Shown here in pieces: positions 49,173 through 53,172 of a stretch of DNA of 53,172 bases. Location: positions 1 through 53,172 of the forward strand of contig CAZRCV010000005.1 of the NCBI GenBank assembly GCA_964598745.1, given 5' to 3'. The DNA comes from an uncultured Methanosarcinales archaeon (GTDB lineage Archaea > Nanobdellota > Nanobdellia > Woesearchaeales > GW2011-AR9). Every line of letters starts with the position of its first letter. Position 1 is the first letter of the stretch. Both the position numbers and the translations under genes were made by a program. The notes beneath the pieces are model-generated. The model saw only the letters and a list, made by a program, of their open reading frames with translations, did not search any database and had not been told where the DNA came from.

Positions 49173-52100
49173 ATGGTCCTCCGTTCTTTATGTTCTTTAG
49201 TAGCAGCAATGATTGTAGGTTACGCAGTTCCAGCTAAAGCATATGGACAAGATATTGGAAACAACACTAAACCTGTTATCACCAGCACAGCTAGCACCAA
49301 ACCTTTTGAAGACAATTTAATTTTCTTAGGACCTAAAGTTAAAGCAAGAGCGCAAAATTTGGATTTATCGGTTAAACCAGATCCAGCCAATTCCTGTCCC
49401 TATCCTTCATTAATCTTAGAACCTGAACAACCCTTTCCATTCGAACTTGTCGCTTCTCCTAATTTTTTAGAAACAGGGATTAATTCCGAAGATAAAAAAT
49501 CTTCAGATCATTATCAAAGATTAGTATTGGAAATTGTTAGTCCGAATATATCCTGTCTACCTAAGGCTGCAGCGAATTTTACTGATTTAACTTCGCAAAC
49601 AACAGAAATTTCTTTATTTCCAGATTACGGGGATTGGCAAAATAAAACAGGCAGCAGCACCATGGAAATAAGATTAGAATTGCCTGGTGATTTACGCTAT
49701 GTGCTGCTGGGCTCTGATCACAATAATATTATTTATGAAAGGGGTGGCCTAGCTTACGATCTAAAAGACAAACGCATTAGGCTTCACACCGGCGAAGGAA
49801 ATCTCAGCAGACATCTACCCCAGTTAAGTTTAGAACGTCTGGCCATCGGTTCAATGAACTGGCCAGCATTTACTGATGCGATACTGGGAAAGGGAACAGA
49901 TAGTTTAAGACTGGCTACGAACCACTTGGGGAATTCACTAGAAACTTTGGCAAACCAAGTAGTAACCAACCTTAATCTCAGTGATGAAACTGGCGATCTA
50001 AATGCCCGCGCTATTGAATTAACTTTAAAACTGCGCGGCATTTTTGAACAAGTCTTACCACAATATGTTTCTAATGATGGAGTGGTTGACCCGGAAGAGT
50101 GGAGTAAAATCCAAGAGACTATAGAAGGAAAAATCAAGGAGTTTGAAGCGCGAGAATTAAAAACAGAAGAAAGGGAAGGCATAACTAGCGCGATTAATGG
50201 ATTTCGAGAAGAATTTCAGAGCCTGCAGAAAGAACACCCCATTCTAGCAAATATTTGGTCTATCTATGGCTCTGCTGATCCGGCCGCATTAATTAGCTGG
50301 GATGGAATTACTTTAAGAAATTTGATAACCTTTTTTGCAGCTTTAGATCCCGACTTATACACTCTGACAGTTGAAGATAATAAATTAGGATTCAAAACCA
50401 ATCGGCTTAATAGCACGCTAGTAGGACAATCATCTAATTATACTGAATTTACTGATGGAATTAACAGAACTTTTATTGAAACTGCAGCTGGAAGATTAGC
50501 CATGGAAGCTGCAGGCGATATTAGTTTAACTGCAGCTTTAAGCGAAGGTTTGGAAATTGAAGAAATAGTTCCAGAAAAATATCAAAATAGTTATGGTCTT
50601 TTAAAATTAATATTAGGGATAGACCCAAAACTAGTAAATATGACTTTAAACGGCGAAGCGCATTTTGCATCACGGCTGCATGCGGAAAGGATGCGAGGAT
50701 TTAGCATGAGGTGGAACAAAAACAAATTATCTTTAGGCTTAAACATTTCTTTTGGATCATTATATGGCAATTATGCTAACGGACAAGCCCAAGTGGCTGG
50801 TTCTGCCGATAGCCAAAATGATTTAATTAGTGCTTATTTTATGGGGGGTTTGCAGATAGAACAAGTGTTAGGTTCAAAGCAAACCATCAGCCTAAATTTA
50901 GATAAAATGAATAATGTCTTCTGGTTCAATCTTCAGCTAGGAATGGACCTAGAACAAGCCCGGCGGTTAAGAGAATCTTGGCTCGCTGGCGGCGTGTTTA
51001 AAGCCGATTATCGAGGAAATATAAGCCAAAATGCTTATTATTTAGCTCATTCCAAAGATATTACTACTAACAATACCCTTAATCCCCTTGCAGGATTACG
51101 AGTGGGCCGAACACTGGGGTTAGTTGATATCCTAGCCTTTACAGATCTCAGAGAATTAGGCCTGGGCGCCATTTTAGCCAGCCCACGGATCTCAGCCTTA
51201 GCAGAATGCGCATTTATCAATTATTGTCAGCTAACAGCTAGAATAGCTTTGGATAGAGAATTTAACCCAAAAAATGAACGAAACCATTTTTTACGCCTGC
51301 AGCAGTTAGCTAACACCCATTTAGCGGGAGTAGAAGCCATTATAGCTGGCGAGAATCATTACCACACCCTTGCTAATCCTGGCTTACATTTAGAACTTCA
51401 AGCTTATCGAGCTTTAGTTTCACAATTTCCATACCTTACACCCTCTAAAGCTAAATTAAGTTTAGTAATGGTCGAACCAGATAGTGTTGATAGCTTAAAT
51501 TTATATTTTGCATTAGGCTATGACGGAAATTTTGATTCCGTTAACGGTGGATTGATTAATTTAGGATCAAGATATTGGCAAAGTTTCTTTGGTTATACTG
51601 CGACTAAAGATCAGCTGAGGAACTCCAATTCACAATATGGCACTGCCGGGTTAACAGTACATACTAAACCTATCGATATTCTAACTAGAGCAGAACTATA
51701 CCCAGATCCATTGGATGAAGAGCCAGAGGTTAAATCTTCGACCAAAGTTGATCCTAATACCCAACAGAAAATAGAAACTTATAGTTTAAAACATGAAGGA
51801 GAATTTAGGATGTTGGTGGAAATTAGAGCACCCCCTGGGTTTTTAGACGAATTGTTAACAGCAATCCCACGACCAGAATTACGGTTGCTGCAGGTGACAG
51901 CTGAAAAAAGTTTGCTGTTGCTGGAGGGAATTAATGGTGGACTAACCTCAGACTTCACTTTTGGAAGGTTATCGCTGCATCAACAAGTTGGAACTACTTA
52001 TTCCGATGCTAGGGGAACTTCTTTCGATTGGGAAGGAGAAGCTATTTATAGGTTGATTAATGGAGAAATTGGCCCAGCTTTAACTATCTCCAAACAATGG

Positions 52101-52412
52101 AGTCCAGAAAACAATTCTCATCGTCTTTCGCCAGGCCTAGGCTGGCAAGCTGCCAATAAAGGCCATTATTTAAACTTATTAGTTACAGGAATACCACCAC
52201 AATTTTCCTTGCGTTATATTTACGATCCCAAAACTGCAGAATTAGCTCCTTATGTTAAGGCGGGCCTTTCTAATTCCCAAGGACTATTAGAGCTGGGTGT
52301 ACGAACTGGACCCATGATCTTTACTACAGAAGTTGGATTCATTCCAAAAGGTAAACAAGATTTAGAATTTACATTAGGGTTAAAAACAACGGTTGACCTA
52401 ACTTCATTTTAG
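49173..52412 (+). CDS. Large exported protein (1079 aa) with a beta-strand-rich C-terminal half ending in Phe
   Basis: Signal peptide (AKA|YG); alternating hydrophobic/polar strands; TTTATATATA upstream. Confidence 0.75.
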   Translation: MVLRSLCSLVAAMIVGYAVPAKAYGQDIGNNTKPVITSTASTKPFEDNLIFLGPKVKARAQNLDLSVKPDPANSCPYPSLILEPEQPFPFELVASPNFLETGINSEDKKSSDHYQRLVLEIVSPNISCLPKAAANFTDLTSQTTEISLFPDYGDWQNKTGSSTMEIRLELPGDLRYVLLGSDHNNIIYERGGLAYDLKDKRIRLHTGEGNLSRHLPQLSLERLAIGSMNWPAFTDAILGKGTDSLRLATNHLGNSLETLANQVVTNLNLSDETGDLNARAIELTLKLRGIFEQVLPQYVSNDGVVDPEEWSKIQETIEGKIKEFEARELKTEEREGITSAINGFREEFQSLQKEHPILANIWSIYGSADPAALISWDGITLRNLITFFAALDPDLYTLTVEDNKLGFKTNRLNSTLVGQSSNYTEFTDGINRTFIETAAGRLAMEAAGDISLTAALSEGLEIEEIVPEKYQNSYGLLKLILGIDPKLVNMTLNGEAHFASRLHAERMRGFSMRWNKNKLSLGLNISFGSLYGNYANGQAQVAGSADSQNDLISAYFMGGLQIEQVLGSKQTISLNLDKMNNVFWFNLQLGMDLEQARRLRESWLAGGVFKADYRGNISQNAYYLAHSKDITTNNTLNPLAGLRVGRTLGLVDILAFTDLRELGLGAILASPRISALAECAFINYCQLTARIALDREFNPKNERNHFLRLQQLANTHLAGVEAIIAGENHYHTLANPGLHLELQAYRALVSQFPYLTPSKAKLSLVMVEPDSVDSLNLYFALGYDGNFDSVNGGLINLGSRYWQSFFGYTATKDQLRNSNSQYGTAGLTVHTKPIDILTRAELYPDPLDEEPEVKSSTKVDPNTQQKIETYSLKHEGEFRMLVEIRAPPGFLDELLTAIPRPELRLLQVTAEKSLLLLEGINGGLTSDFTFGRLSLHQQVGTTYSDARGTSFDWEGEAIYRLINGEIGPALTISKQWSPENNSHRLSPGLGWQAANKGHYLNLLVTGIPPQFSLRYIYDPKTAELAPYVKAGLSNSQGLLELGVRTGPMIFTTEVGFIPKGKQDLEFTLGLKTTVDLTSF

Positions 52413-52783
52413 AGAAATTTTGAAAACATAGATTTTCCTATTACAATTAGGTCTTAAAAGGATAGGATAAAAAGTGAGGGCTCCAAAGAGGGGGTGAGGG
52501 TGGTAGAATAATTCTATGGAGCCCACGGGATTAGGAAATCCGAACCCCTTGCACTGGATTCGGAAAGTGCATACTCAACGTTGATTACAATTGCACCTCT
52601 TTTTCCTTATTTGTGCATAAATGTAGACAAATATATAAATGTTGCTATTCTGTATACTAGCTTACTAAAAATACCTCTTAGGTCTAAGAAATTAAGAAGA
52701 ACAGCTTATTTTTGCCAGCTGCAGTACAGACTTCGTTAAGAAATCAAAGGGCTGATTTTGTACTACTAGTAAATGGCGAAATA

Positions 52784-52794
52784 TTTAAATATAA
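52784..52794 (+). promoter_or_regulatory. Archaeal BRE/TATA-like element upstream of the AAA+ gene
   Basis: CGAAATATTTAAATATAA about 40-50 nt upstream of ATG 52836. Confidence 0.5.
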
Positions 52795-52835
52795 CCTTTA
52801 ATTTGCTAACTGGTTTATCAAAATTCATAGTCAAA

Positions 52836-53172
52836 ATGCCAGAAACAAATTATGAAACCATGTTCGGAATGATTGGAACAAGTGAACCGATGTTAACAGT
52901 TTATGACCGTATTCGTAGAGTAGCTGACAGCATTAGTAGAACAGCCCAAGCTGGTGCCACAGTGCACATTTCCGGCGAGCGTGGAACTGGAAAAGAACTG
53001 GTAGCTACCGCCTTGCATTCTGCCGGTGCCAGAAAAGGACCTTTTATTGATGTTAACGCCGCAGAGTATAAGGATGATGATACCTTGTTACGAGCGGACT
53101 TATTTGGAATAGGCAATAAGGTTGCGACCGGTGTTGAAAGTAGACCAGGATACTTTGAACAAGCCACAGGTG
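52836..53172 (+). CDS. Sigma54-interaction (bacterial enhancer-binding protein-like) AAA+ ATPase, truncated by the window end; absent from the ORF track
   Basis: MPETNYETMFGMIGTSEPMLTVYDRIRRVA...TVHISGERGTGKELVATALH...RKGPFIDVNAA...ADLFGIGNKVATGVESRPGYFEQATG. Confidence 0.88.
   Translation, partial: MPETNYETMFGMIGTSEPMLTVYDRIRRVADSISRTAQAGATVHISGERGTGKELVATALHSAGARKGPFIDVNAAEYKDDDTLLRADLFGIGNKVATGVESRPGYFEQATG

Noticed and set aside
823-50182. Numerous 60-150 aa ORFs nested in or antisense to long genes (e.g. 3413-3667, 12370-12723, 26087-26473, 26936-27382, 33698-34051, 49784-50182)
   Set aside because: They overlap well-supported genes, lack motifs, and are best explained as shadow ORFs.
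52413-52835. Sigma54 -24/-12 promoter near the bEBP-like gene
   Set aside because: No TGGCAC-N5-TTGC match was seen; the TGCAC/GTGCA pairs lack canonical NtrC spacing.
52901-53167. 88-aa minus-strand ORF in the track
   Set aside because: Antisense shadow of the plus-strand bEBP-like AAA+ gene starting at 52836.
1-53172. CRISPR array, rRNA, integrase or provirus
   Set aside because: No regularly spaced direct repeats, rRNA-like segments or recognisable integrase/capsid genes were seen.

Overview
A 53-kb chromosomal segment of an archaeon. Evidence for this is TFB, thermosome, Cdc6/Orc1, GatD, Cbf5, the eS17/eS19/eS1/eL31/eL33/eL39 ribosomal proteins, TATA-box promoters and BHB-intron tRNAs. 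The compact genes, pilin-type 'KKGQ' signal peptide and scattered orphan genes suggest a DPANN/Nanobdellota (Woesearchaeales-like) organism; that assignment is an inference. Housekeeping genes are interleaved with several unusual elements. (1) A translationally coupled four-gene operon (9.4-18.7 kb): a class III (pilin-like) signal protein, a 1769-aa Ig/Cys-rich surface protein, a membrane-anchored protein and an intact secreted M23 peptidoglycan peptidase; this is the best candidate for an undescribed bacterium-targeting apparatus. (2) A tRNA-Val(GAC) with three BHB introns and a tRNA-His with one. (3) A stand-alone bacterial sigma54-activator-type AAA+ gene behind an archaeal TATA box, next to a 1079-aa beta-strand-rich exported protein and a structured intergenic region. 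(4) A bacterial-type base-excision-repair cluster (Mpg, MutM). (5) A degenerate CDP-alcohol transferase fused to a DAG-kinase domain. (6) Two divergent TraB/Tiki-like paralogues, several small ORFs missing from the ORF track, and candidate structured RNAs. No rRNA, CRISPR array or intact transposase was seen. All family calls come from motif recognition by eye; no database search was run.
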